A stretch of DNA of 62,388 bases, counting the filler, from Nemertoderma westbladi (lineage: Eukaryota; Animalia; Xenacoelomorpha), in assembly GCA_032718475.1 (NCBI GenBank). It is 4 parts of 4 records of this genome, joined end to end, with 100 filler letters (N's around TTAATTAATTAA, not from the genome) between each part and the next. Parts side by side here need not be neighbours in the genome. Positions count along the whole stretch, not along the records: positions 35,799 to 52,565 come from JAUCBJ010001593.1; 3 more parts are not named here. One strand, written 5' to 3'. A program made the translations under genes and the position numbers. The notes under the pieces were generated by a model. It did not search any database, was not told where the DNA came from, and saw nothing but the letters and a program-made list of their open reading frames with translations. Below are positions 37,956 through 50,379 of the stretch, one piece after another (position 1 is the stretch's first letter; every line of letters starts with the position of its first letter).

Positions 37956-40780
37956 TTACACTAAATTCCGGTTAAACTTACAAAAAGAAAGTAGGTTAAT
38001 TTCTTTGAGTCTTAGAGAAAATAACAGTTTATTACGGCAATTTACAACTTCAGCTGGAAGCGAGTTCCAAATGGGCACCACTCTATGGGAAAAATTATTT
38101 TTGCTCATCTGCAAGCGCGACTGTTTATGAAACAGTTTACGGTCGTGACCTCTCAACCCACCCCTAGGGGCCAAGGTAAAGAAGTCAGCGAAGTTTAGGT
38201 CGACTTCGTTGTTCGAAAGAGCGAAGGTCATCTTGAGGTCAAAAATTATGCGGCGCACTTCCAGGGGTTGAAGTTGTAATACGTTAATTCGATTCAAATA
38301 GCTTACTGTACAATCCAAATTACAACGTTTAAAAAGGCGACGCGTAAAATATCTCTGTACCCGCTCAAGTAAGTCTCTACAACCTAAATGAAAAGGAGAC
38401 CATATAGGCGTACAGTACTCTAATAAGGGACGCACATAAGATTTAAAAGCTGTAATTAATGCAGAATGATTCGAAGTTAAAAAGCACTTGAAAATCAAAT
38501 TTGTCATTTTTAGGGCCTTGGCAGCTTGTTCGCGACAATAAACATCGAAATTAAGAGAACTACACATTGTAATACCCAGGTCTCTACAGGAAGTGTCAAT
38601 CTTTAAACATTTACCACCTAACATGTACTGCGTATCATGTCGGTCTGCCGAACCGATGTAAAGCACGATGCACTTATGAGCAGCAATTTTGAGTTGCCAT
38701 GTATCAGCCCACTTTTCCAAAGCAGATAAAGCTTCAGCGAGTTGCAAATTATCGGCTTTACATCGTCGGCGAACAATTTGCATGATACACTATTACCGAT
38801 TATATCAGGTAGGTCATTAATAAATAACACAAACAATATTGGGCCAAGTACGCTACCTTGAGGTGTACCGGATAGTACATAGCAGACATCGGAAAAACTA
38901 TTTCCAACAACAACAGGTTGGCTCCGATCAGATAAAAACGCCGATAACCACAATAATAAATCTCCAGATATACCATATGCCGATAATTTAGATAATAATT
39001 TCCTATGTACAACAGAATCAAATGCTTTCGCAAAATCAATATAAATTGTGTCCATGCTCTGTCGACTATCTAATAAATTGCACCAATCAGTTGTACATTC
39101 CAATAATTGAGTACAGGTAGACCGTTTCTTTAGGAACCCATGTTGCGATTTAGATATGAGTTTATGAGAATATAAATAATCGAGCAATTTGTCCTTTATA
39201 CACATCTCCATAATTTTGCATGCAATACAGGTCAAAGAAACAGGTCAGTAATTGTACGTGTCGGCAGCATCCCCCTTCTTATAGATTGGAACAATGAATA
39301 CTGTTAACCAAATAGAAGGTAGACAATGGCTACTAAACGATATTTGGAAAATGGCCGCTAGAGGAGCTGCCAAGCACCGTGATAATCTAGAGAAGATAAT
39401 ACTGGGGAAACCATCAGGCGTACGACTCGATTTACCTTCAAGTTTACGTAATATACAGGATACGTTTACCTGACTAAAATCAACATGAGACATAGAAATA
39501 TGATTGGGAACACGCCGCTCAAAATTTGGTGTAGCACTGTTATCAACGGAAAAGTTTTCTGAGAATACCTTTGATAGAATACGGGCTTTCTCAATATCAT
39601 CTACCACGGTTGCACCTTGAAATTTAAACGGTGAAACACCAGAATTAAGGTTACGTTTCGAATTGATATATGAAAAAATATCACCGATATTGCCATTGCC
39701 CGAACTAAGAATCTTGTTTTCCCGAATACAGGCTGCCCTGAAGCATGCCTGGGATAGGGCTTTGGCGCATTTCTTATATTCAGAACTACCAGTTACGGTA
39801 TGACGTCGCCGCCATAAGCGTTTTTTCTTGCGTTGTAATAAACGAACAAAATCAGGGAAAACCTTCTTCTTGCGCGGTGTCACAAAACTCTTAAAAGTAA
39901 CAAATCGTTCTATACCTGTACGTAGTGTAGCACTAAAAAAATCCCAAAAATCATCAATGGAAATACAATAATCAAAATTAGTGTTCCAATCAATACTTTC
40001 CATAAATATGGAGAATTCACTGTAGTTACCATTCTTAAAATCATAATAACCTACGTTATCATCAGATGACGGGCTACGATCAGCAGATAAAATATTAAAA
40101 ATTACAGATGCATGGTCACTAGTACTAAAATTATCAATAACATCTACATTAGAAACAAACATATCCTTACTTGAAAAAACTAGATCTAGAATGTTATTAT
40201 CGCGGGTGGGTTTTAATTGTAACTGAGTTAAACCACTGTCCAGAAAACACTGGTTTAGTAAGTCGTAGTTAGCATATGTAGGATGTGTTAAGTTAAGCCA
40301 GTCGAAATCTGGTAAATTAAAATCACCATTCATGACACATGGGGTATTTACTTGACAGAGAAGAGATATGCATTCGGACAAGAGTTTATCAGTTTCAATG
40401 GTCGCGATGGTTCCTGATCGATATATACATATAAACTGACAGGGGGAGCTTCCAACTAGATCGATCGCTACCACCTCAGTATCTACAAAGCGAGCCGGTA
40501 GTTGTACCTGGACGCATTTGATGTCCGACCGGACAAGGACGGCAACTCCACCACCACGAGAGGGTCTATCTTTGCGGAAGACACGATATTGCCCATTGTT
40601 GCTCACCATCTTGTCTGGGATTGTATCTGTGAGCCAGGACTCGGTGACAGCCAGGATCCCATATTTATTAGGTTGTAAGAAGAGCTCGAGGTCAGTTAGT
40701 TTATTGTTCAGCGACCGCGCATTCACTAAGCAGCATTTGATGAATGGCTCCTTGTCGGGTTGTTTCCCTCCGTTTAAACG
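37956..40780 (-). pseudogene. CR1 ORF2 (APE endonuclease + reverse transcriptase) with one nonsense and one frameshift lesion
   Basis: NARSL, VTESWL, RGGGV, GDFN, LDLV and SDH motifs; NY*PVSLT (TGA at 39245-39247 where R is expected); frameshift just after FADDVK near 38755. Confidence 0.9.
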
Positions 40781-41928
40781 TTTCCCGACGAAGAAGACGT
40801 CGGATCGGCAGTTGCGCCATTTGTATTCTGTGGCGTCGTCCGAGGATCCGGCGTACGGTGCTCCGGCGTCCCGGGCTCCGTCGTCCTCGGCGAGGGGGAC
40901 ACGGGAGACGGGTTTCTCGTTGATCGGTGTTGTCGTTGGTTACGAACAGCTTCCCGTTTATGGTACTGCTGCTCGGCCTGTAGTCGGGTAAGATCATGGT
41001 CGATATAAACCCCAGTATGCGCAGTGGATTTCCGGAGTTTTTTCTTTTGTTCCATGATATTATTCTTGGAATCCATGTTAGAGAGGCGGACAATGAAACA
41101 CGTAGGTTTATTATCCCTCGCCGGTAGACTGGAAACCACTGAAAATACCACATCTTTCTGATCGAACTCTGACTCCAACAGAGAAGAGATTTCTCCTTTG
41201 TTAGAATCGTCGGTTGATACCAGTAAACCTCGAATGACGATGTTGAGTTCACGTTTCCGCTGCTCTTGAACCTCGCGATCCACATCCTCCGCGGTCATTG
41301 GGACCGCAGTAGATGCGGGCCGGGATTTGTTCTTCTTCTGTTGCACCTGGGACCAGGCCTCTCCACCCGAGTCCTTGGATTGCTCTCGAAGAAGATCGAT
41401 CTCGGATTTCAGGGAACTGAAATCCTTAGTGATTTTTTCTTCCAGTTTGGATATAACCGTTATTAGCGATTCCGAACTGGAACTGGTCGTATTTGTTGGT
41501 TGCTTAAATGCACCACGTGACTCGCAAGTGTTGCACACGGTCTTGCAGTTTTTGGACTTCCCGAGAATCGGTATGTCCGAAGCAACGAGCCCGAGACACT
41601 TGCTGTGAATCCAGGATCCACAGCAGTCGCATCCCAGACAGTTTCTGCCCACCACCGCCTTCAGGCAGTGGGGACACAAATTCTCCACGGATTCGTCCCC
41701 GTCGCACGATGGAGTAGACACGTCGCACATGACGACGTGGTTATTGTAGGTGGCTTTATCTGTGAAAAGGGCAGAACATCCGTCGCAGTTTAGCAGCTTG
41801 GAGAGATCTATTTTTCCTATTGGACTATTATCGCCGAGACTTGTCCTTGATGCTGGAATGTTCGTCCCACGCGGAGCCGCTCCAGCTGGGCTTTGTCTCG
41901 TCGCTGGTTGCTTCTGCTTCGGAGGCAT
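40774..41928 (-). CDS. CR1 ORF1 protein (PHD finger, coiled coil, NIVIRGL / YIDHDLT motifs)
   Basis: CPHC...CDCCGSWIHSKC...CNTC PHD; RELNIVIRGL; VYIDHDLT. Intact frame from MPPKQK. Confidence 0.85.
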   Translation of the reverse strand: MPPKQKQPATRQSPAGAAPRGTNIPASRTSLGDNSPIGKIDLSKLLNCDGCSALFTDKATYNNHVVMCDVSTPSCDGDESVENLCPHCLKAVVGRNCLGCDCCGSWIHSKCLGLVASDIPILGKSKNCKTVCNTCESRGAFKQPTNTTSSSSESLITVISKLEEKITKDFSSLKSEIDLLREQSKDSGGEAWSQVQQKKNKSRPASTAVPMTAEDVDREVQEQRKRELNIVIRGLLVSTDDSNKGEISSLLESEFDQKDVVFSVVSSLPARDNKPTCFIVRLSNMDSKNNIMEQKKKLRKSTAHTGVYIDHDLTRLQAEQQYHKREAVRNQRQHRSTRNPSPVSPSPRTTEPGTPEHRTPDPRTTPQNTNGATADPTSSSSGNV

Positions 41929-44220
41929 CTCGAAGCAGCGAAGGTATACCAAAGCAGTCGTATAGCAGTATATATAAACAATATATATCAAATAATGTTA
42001 TATCAAATAATTAAGTATAAATTAATTCGGTACTCAGCGTACTCACTGAACGTTAGATCCTTCCAACGATGCCTTTCGTGGCGTCAGGGCGTTAGCATAC
42101 TCAAATTTATTAGGGTATAATATTTATGACGAGTAAGGGACTTGAGTATAATCAGAACGCGATGTTTGATATTTATACAGTACCGTACTGCAGTATGCAG
42201 TAAAACCTGTTGTCTTTAGTCAGACAGTTACCGGTACACTGTCATACTGTCATAGGCCTATCATCCTCAGGGGTAGTCCTCAGTACTGCAGTAGGTCTGT
42301 AGGTATAGGTTCGCCACTAGTAGGGTGGTTCATATTTCAAAAATTTTTGAATTTCAGCTAGGTTCATGTTCTAATTTGTTCCAAATTGCATAAAAACACG
42401 TTTGATAACTTCAAAATGTGTTGGAGTTTCCGGGAACTACACCCACCGTGGCATCATAGCAGCTGCTTGAGCCGTCGCCCGGTCCCGGTCCCAATTAATG
42501 ATTAAAATGTAATCGTGGGACTAGTTCTTGTCATTGTTACAGTGTTAGGTAAAAAGGTATACATATTTCAATTTCTTGCACAATTTGCTACATAATTGTC
42601 GTTGAACCCAACTGAAAATGTTTGTATTAAATTCTTTGACATGTCTACGTCCAGTTCCCGCCCTAGCCGTTAGTGAGTCATATTCCCAATTATTGTGATG
42701 ATCAACTTTATTCCTACCGCATTGATATTATGCTCATTAGAACCGCAATAGTTGGTGTAGACACCTTCAAAACAAGCATAGAGCAAGTAGTTTTTGAGAT
42801 ATTGCAGAATATATACTTACTATATATACTATATTAATCTATACTGTATGTGTTTTATTATGTTTTTTTTATAGTGATTTTAATTACAAATACACTTTGC
42901 AGTATTGTGGCCTTTACATACTGTAGGTCAGAACGTTGCAAATTAATCAATCATAGGCGTATGGGTTATGGTACCTTTGTATGTGGGGGGTGTCTGTAAC
43001 AATATCTCTCATATTTCCCCCCCCCCCCCCCCCATGTCTCTTGATGTGAAAATGTTTTTTTGTGCTTTTTTTTTTACTTTTTTGTGCTTTTTTTACTTTT
43101 TTTGTGCTTTTTTGTGCTTTTTTTGTGGTGTTTTGTGCTTTTCTTGACTTTTTTTGTGCTTTTTTGTTCTTGTTTTGTGCTTTTTGTAGTATTTAGTAGG
43201 ACCCTGGACACCTTACTGCCTTATAGTTATATCGGGCATTCTGGCATTCGGGCTCTACAGTCACACAGTCCAGTCTGCAGTCAGAGTCAGACGAGACAAT
43301 ATTTTATGTGTGCATTTTTGTAGGCATGTTGGTAGGCCAATAAATTTTTCAGGCGTGCACAACAAATTTTTAAGGCGTGTACTGGTCATTCAGGCGTGCA
43401 CAACATATTTTTGAGGCGTGCACTGGTGCGTGCACTTGCCATACTCTGCAACCTGGGGCTTCTGTCACTGCAACCTGGGTCTTCTGTCAGTCTGTATGTA
43501 TACGGTAGGCCTATTAATTATGAATTATATTCTTAAAATAATATTCCTTAATGTTTTATACCATCGTGTTGTTATAACTATTTGCATACTTGTGTGTAAC
43601 GTAGCACTTTACAGTATGATTATCCGAGTGGCTTTGTTACACGAACGAACGTTAGTGAGTGAGTGAAAATAAAGCCACGAGGATCAGAACACTGTAAAGT
43701 ACTTTGCAACAAGTATGTACCCGGTATGTAGTTTTATTCCAAAATTGTAACATTGCGAAATGATTGTAAATATATTATAAGTGATAGAAACTGCACAAAT
43801 TAAATTATTTGCTGTTATAAGTAAGTGCACAAATTAAATTAGTTGCTGTTATAAATAAGTTAGCTTATATTTATGGTGGCTTTTGGAGTTATGTTAATAG
43901 TAGGCTATAGCTACTGGTTATTAATAGCTATACCCCGCCTACCGGTAGGTAATGCAGTAGGCCTATCTGGCTGTTAGGCAAATAACACCTATTGTTTACG
44001 TGGTAACCAATGACGGCGTTGCGTAATGTCCACTGACTGACAAAGGGACATTACTTGACTGATAACACCAAATACAATACTAAATGTACAGGCCAGGCCA
44101 ATACAATGCTGTAATGTCCTCAAAAGTTTTAAAGTGCTAAATAACAACTCGCTGTTAATATTGAGTAATGTTACAAATAATTACATGTACCGGTACCGTA
44201 ACGGTTTGGATATATACATC

Positions 44221-46563
44221 CCAGACTGGAATCTCTATGTTTCGTGCGCCGAAGGTGCGCCAAGGGTCAAAAAAATCTGCGCCAGCTCAAAGTACCTGTG
44301 CGCCAACCTTAATTTTTTTTGCGCCAGCCGAAAAAATTTGCGCCGACAAAATAGTGAAAAAAGGGGGTCAGCCTAATCACCCAACTACACCCAACTTTCA
44401 CCCAACTACACCCAACTTTCACCCAACTTGGCCAACTACACCCTTGCTTCTTTCCTTTGTTGTTCTTCTACTGCTTTTTTGTGGAATTTAGACCCTTCTC
44501 CAATAAATGAGAACCATTGCTCATGCATGCGAGAACCATGCATGTTTCTGACGATAAAATATTTCATTGTGCCCAGATATTAACTTCTGAGTTTTTGCCT
44601 GAGAGAGCATTAAGCCAGTGCTAAGTGTGCCAACACTTCCTAGTGCCGAGTTTATAGCCCTTTGAGCATTAAATGCAGAAAGCTTTGATATAGAAGGTCT
44701 AGCCAGAACATGGAAATCAAAGCATGGCTTGCATCTTAGCACTCCTTCTTCCGAAAATTCATCATAAAAAAACTGAAAAATTCCACCGCTCTTTTCACCC
44801 AAAATAAATATGTTCATGGCATTTTTAATTTCAGCGATTCGGCAAACAGATTCCTGGTTAAGCTGGGCCATGGATTGTGGCTTTATTGCCACAACCTTTT
44901 CAAATCTATCGCAAAGTTTTTTCATAAGAACATAGGTCTTTTTTGGTAAATCTTCATGTTCATCAAGATCTTCAAAACCTTCTTTTGGCTCTTCGGGTAT
45001 AGTTACAAAGTTTAGTAACGTTGACTGTGAACGTGCTGCTGGATTGTTCGTAGTAACATCAAATTCACTAGCAGTTGCTTCGACAGCGGCACCAGCAATA
45101 ACGCTTGTACTAATACTAATATAATAATATCTGGTTCTACATTAACAACAGTACCAGTACTATCAGTTGGTTCTGGTCCAACTTCAACAGTTGCTGCGGC
45201 AATAGCAGTGGTTGGTTCGATAGTGGCACCCTTTGGCAAATACTTAAGCTTTACATTTTTCACTTCAGTCGAAGAAGCAGGCACAATGGTTGTTTTGGAG
45301 TTGTCATTGTGCCATCGCTTTTTATGCCTGTTGATGGTGGATGGATTATTACGTGACATATAGGCGAATCGAGCATCCTTCACCTTTTTGCTAAGGTGGT
45401 AATTTAAACATTCCAGGCATACATATTTATCAGTTTCTGCTTCAGTAGAAAGAACAGGTGCCCCAGTTCCAGTAACTTCAATCAGTGGAGGATTGCCACG
45501 CGTCCGAGTTTCTTCACAGACTTCGACGTCGCATATTATAGACACAGGGCTCCCTCTTGTTGACATTGTATCTTCTTGCTCCACATTATCTTCCCGAGCT
45601 GGCGGATCCGGATTCGGTACATCCACCACCTGACTGCCTGACCTGAAGTCTTGCCAAAAAAAGAACTAATAGAGGATTGCTTGAATCTCTTACTTGGTGA
45701 ATCAGCCATTTCTAATAATCTAATAATTCATCAAACAATTAATTAATATTAAATAATATTAAAACTAATTTAAGCAAATTTTAACAGGGAAAAAACAAAA
45801 CGTTTATTAAACTTCAATATTTTAAGATCTTATATTGTAAATTAATAATATTTTATTGAGTTGACTGACTCAAACGCCACACCTCTAAGCTAATGATATG
45901 ATACTCCTGTAATATTGTTGTAAAATTGATTTCATTGGCTAGTGGACAATAGAGTATAATGGTGCCCTGTATTGATTGGATGACACACAATGCATTGAGA
46001 TTGAATAACACAAAGCAGACTCGGATATTAACAACATTGCTCCGCTCACCGCTCACAACAGGGATGGTACTGCTAGTGCTATCGTACTCCAGACCAGCCT
46101 GGGCAGGCTGGGCTGGGTTCTCTAGCCATTTAGTACAGTATACATTATACAGGTATAAACAAACAGTAGAAATGCTGTTACTGAGAGGCAGCAATTTATG
46201 TGTTTAAATTTTTCCTATTCTCTATAAAAACAATATTTTTAAGTGAGCGCACTGCGCAGGCTACTCTGTTCTAATAAGTAACAATAATACAAATACATAC
46301 TGTAACTGGAAATTTTAAATGTACGGTAAAGCTGGCTGTGCCTGCAATACAAGATTTTAGATGGCTACGCGCTGCGCCGACTCAAACTCAAATCGATAGT
46401 GCACGCCGGTGCAGAGATTGGCTGCCTGGCTGCGCCGACGCAGAGATTGGCTGCCTGGCTGCATCGGCTGCGCCGACGCAGCCAATCTCTGCGCCGACCT
46501 GCGCCGCAACTTGACATCGTGCGCCGAAGTTCTTCGCCCAAAACGCCGAAGATTCCAGTCTGG
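44221..46563 (-). mobile_element. Internally deleted hAT-like DNA transposon with transposase N-terminal remnant
   Basis: TIR CCAGACTGGAATCT / AGATTCCAGTCTGG; 8-bp TSD TATACATC (44213-44220, 46564-46571); many TGCGCC subterminal motifs at both ends; BED-like CLEC...HKKRWH in ORF 45012-45629 and CKPC...H in ORF 44521-44925. Confidence 0.82.
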
Positions 46564-46899
46564 TATACATCTAGGCTGATAGGGATAGGCTACAACATTA
46601 TAATAATATACTGCAGTAGGCCTACTGATATACCAAGTATATATTTTACCGCTTTACTGAAAATCTGATATATTGAGTATGGTACGGTAATATTAGGATA
46701 TATGATAGCACATAGAGACATGACTGTATATAAGACAGTAAGATGACTGTCGCGGTGCCGCTTAACCATAATATCATATAGACTATTTATTGAAATATTG
46801 CAACTTGCGAGTTCTGATTCTATCGCGATATACCGGCAGACCCGTACGTCATTGGCTGACAAACTTTAATATATTATTATCCTTATATTGCGCGTAAGG

Positions 46900-47148
46900 A
46901 TGTGGGTTGTACGCCGGATTACGGGTTGTTTCGGAAACTCCCCTCCTCGTATCCGTTACGGCGGGGTGGAGGAGGGTTTACTCTCTCTACAACCCATCCC
47001 CACCGCTGTTCCGATGCCTCCAATAGACGAACTGGACGTGATGTTCTCTGGATTAGTTGATGAACTAGATCTCGATGAGAAACACCGAGAGGAAATGTTC
47101 AATCTCGATCCCGCAAAGAAATGGCACATTTATCTCAGTAAGAAGATG
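46900..47148 (+). CDS. DAAM: First coding exon of Dishevelled-associated activator of morphogenesis (DAAM) formin, start of the GBD domain
   Basis: PMPPIDELDVMFSGLVDELDLDEKHREEMFNLDPAKKWHIYLSKK closely resembles the DAAM1 N-terminus (PMPPVEELDVMFSELVDELDL..KHREAMF.LP.EKKWQIYCSKK, from memory). Candidate acceptor AG at 46897-46898; phase-0 donor GTGAGT at 47149. Confidence 0.9.
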
Positions 47149-48014
47149 GTGAGTGCAGAGTGTTTGTTTATTATTAATAATAATGTTGCATGCTGGCATG
47201 GACGCCGTATTTTTTCATTGTTAACAAAAAAAATAACAGTAGTTCGAGATTGTGGACCTAACCATATACCGGTAGGGTATATATACCAATCTATGTAAAC
47301 AAGTATCAATGTTTTTATATTTGCATACATTATAACATATGTATATCTGTTTAATATATTCCCATGGAGCATGGAATTTATTTACCGGATATTCGTCCTA
47401 TTTCTCGCTGCATCTGGTACTTTTCACCTTTTCATACTTTATTCACCTCTTTCAGTCTTTAATAGTTCATATCTCAGCGCCGCCATTTCGTTATGTTGTA
47501 CCGTTATTGTAGGCGTATATTTGTTTTTTAGCAGACCCAACACCACCGTAATTTACGTACCGGTACCGGTAATGCGTTGTCGCACTCTAATTCAGTGAAA
47601 TCCCGTACAGTTTACGCATATTGTATTATAAGTATAATAAAGTAAAGCTAATTAAATTCACAGAAAAACGACGGAGTTAGTAGCAAATGTTGAAAGCAAA
47701 GTAAAATGTCAAATATTTACAAAATGAAACGTGGCGTCATTTATGTATGACCCCTTAACTCAATATTATATAAAGAACCCGAAGGTTATTGCTGCGGTAC
47801 ACGATAATACTATAGCACCAACGGCAATGTTTATTCTTCAGAATCGCGTAGTTTTATTTTCTAATTTGTGTTCTTAATTAATTAATTAACCAATTAATAA
47901 AAGACCATAGAGCTAGATTACATGAAATCCTCATTTTTTTAGCATTCATATCAGCTATATAACTCAATATAGAGCTGAGTACCAGTTAAATTACTGGGAG
48001 CAAGACAAGGGATA

Positions 48015-49290
48015 TTAGTAGCGCCAATCCCTCCCTACCCTCGGGTAGCAGATAGGAGTAGCGCCCACCCCCACCCTCGGGTAGCAGATAGGAGTAGCGC
48101 CCACCCCTAGCCTCGGGTAACAGATAGGAGTAGCACATAGGCGTAGCGCCCACCCATACTCTCGGGTAGCAGATAGGAGTAGCGCCCACCCCTCCCCCTA
48201 CCCTCGGGTAGCAGATAGGAGTAGCGCCCATCCCTCCGGCTGCCCTCGGGATGCTCGGGTAGCAGATAGGAGTAGCACCCACCCCTCCGGCTACCCTCGG
48301 GTAGCAGATAGGAGTAGCGCCGACCCCTCCCTACCCTCCTCGGGTAGCAGACAGGAGTAGCGCCCACCCCTCCCTACCCTCCTCGGGTAGCAGACAGGAG
48401 TAGCGCCCACCCCTACCCTCGGGTAGCAGATAGGAGTAGCGCCCACCCCTACCCTCGGGTAGCAGATAGGAGTAGCGCCCACCCCTACCCTCGGGTAGCA
48501 GATAGGAGTAGCGCCCACCCCTACTCTCGGGTAGCAGATAGGAGTAGCGCCCACCCTTACCTTCGGGTAGCAGATAGGAATAGCGCCCACTCCTACCTTC
48601 GGGTAGCAGATAGGAGTAGCGCCCACCCCTACCTTCGGGTAGCAGATAAGAGTAGTGCCCACCCCTACCTTCGGGTGGCAGATAGGAGTAGCGCCCACCC
48701 CTACCTTCGGGTAGCAGTTAGGAGTAGCGCCCACCCATACCTTCGGGTAGCAGATAGGAGTAGTGCCCACCCCTACCTTCGGGTAGCAGATAGGAGTAGC
48801 GCCCACCCCTACCTTCGGGTAGCAGATAAGAGTAGTGCCCACCCCTACCTTCGGGTGGCAGATAGGAGTAGCGCCCACCCCTACCTTCGGGTAGCAGATA
48901 GGAGTAGCGCCCACCCATACCTTCGGGTAGCAGATAGGAGTAGTGCCCACCCCTACCTTCGGGTGGCAGATAGGAGTAGCGCCCACCCCTACCTTCGGGT
49001 AGCAGATAGGAGTAGCGCCCACCCATACCTTCGGGTAGCAGATAGGAGTAGTGCCCACCCCTACCTTCGGGTGGCAGATAGGAGTAGCGCCCACCCCTAC
49101 CTTCGGGTAGCAGATAGGAGTAGCGTCCACCCCTACCTTCGGATAGCAGATAAGAGTAGCGCCCTCCCCTACCCTCGGGTAGTAGATAGGAGTTGCGCCC
49201 ACCCATACCTTCGGGTAGCAGATAGGAGTAGGGCCCACCCCTACCTTCGGATAGCAGATAAGAGTAGCGCCCTCCCCTACCTTCGGGTTC
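48015..49290 (+). repeat. 36-bp GC-rich minisatellite (CCCCTACCTTCGGGTAGCAGATAGGAGTAGCGCCCA)n
   Basis: About 35 tandem units; source of the VGATPICYPKVG pseudo-ORFs. Confidence 0.96.
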
Positions 49291-50115
49291 CAGCAAGAGG
49301 AGCCTTCGGGTCGCCTCTGTCCTGGGCCAACTGTTTGCTTTGCATACAACTTAATATAATTAAATATTAAACTTTTAGTGTTTCCGTATGTTTCTCTGTA
49401 GGTGTAAAAGGATGTATAAAAGTATAACTTATTAAGGCTGGCGAGAATTTGTTTAGAGAATATATAGGACAGCATATGGATTAGGACTGTTACCGGTACA
49501 CGTGAACAAGTAGATCAGCTAGTAGATACTACAGCAGTACAGAGGTGGAGATTCTCAGGGTAGATAACCTCAAAGGAGCTCCCAACACACAGCCCCCATT
49601 CTTAATCGTCGCACCAGAGGAATATAATAAGATCAGTTGGCTTCTAGGGAGAACTGACGATAGCAAATAAAACAGAAAACAACTGACCGGCCCGACAGTC
49701 TGACTGACAGACGGTGCGACTGGACTAGGATCTGAGAATCTCCATTTAAAAGAAACCAAATTTTATTCGGATGGAAACGTTTGTCCTTCTACAATGGGTC
49801 TAGAGATTCCAAGGTACCGGTACTGGGTTGGATGGGAGGAATATGTTGAATAGAATTCAACATACTTTTGCAACATATTTCGGCTCAATTGGCCTAACAG
49901 GCGTCAGTTATCTCCTGACCGGCTGCCTATCTCACCCCCTACTGGAGAGAGAGCGGCCAACAATTATGTGAGTCCCTTTCCTGATGACCTTTCTGGCCCA
50001 AACCTGGAGGCCAGAGTGTGAGGGGGGGGGGGGGGGGGGGTTCTGGAGTGGGAGACTACTCTCATGGTCCACCCGACCAACCACGCCATTGGTGAATCTG
50101 AGGCCAGTCACTAGA

Positions 50116-50379
50116 CTACTACTACTACTAGGATCGGCATGCTGCATTGCAGCTGCATTCTTAAGAATGCTGTGCCGGCTTATCGACAAAATTACACCGC
50201 CACAACTCCCTATCACCCATGACATTTGCTAGATCATCCGCATCTTCAAGGCCAGTGTCCTTTAAGATGCGTCTCAAGAAAGTCATGGACTGTCCACCAT
50301 GCTTATTCACTCCATGAGGCTGCCAAAGTACAAGATTATGCAGTGGCTGGTCCTCACGGCGAAACCAATGTCCTGCAAC
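50116..50379 (-). mobile_element. Short 5'-truncated RTE (copy E) inserted antisense into copy C
   Basis: (CTA)5 tail plus the RTE 3' end; TSD GGCCAGTCACTAGA (50102-50115, 50380-50393). Confidence 0.9.

Larger units (their letters stand above)
37328..42102 (-). mobile_element. Near full-length CR1-clade LINE
   Basis: ORF1 with PHD finger, APE endonuclease, RT (QHGF, YIDFAKAFDSV, GTPQGSVLGP, LFADD) and CR1 C-terminus (LRGH..KL....F..RVV..WNSLP); long AT-rich 3' UTR and (AAT)n tail at about 37328-37357. The 5' boundary is approximate. Confidence 0.93.

Noticed and set aside
47149-47298. ORF continuation after the DAAM exon
   Set aside because: DAAM similarity ends at a consensus GTGAGT donor; the remainder is intron.
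48291-49475. 394-aa repetitive protein (VGATPICYPKVG)n and overlapping ORFs
   Set aside because: A 36-bp satellite that happens to lack stops in several frames; the monomer belongs to a non-coding repeat.
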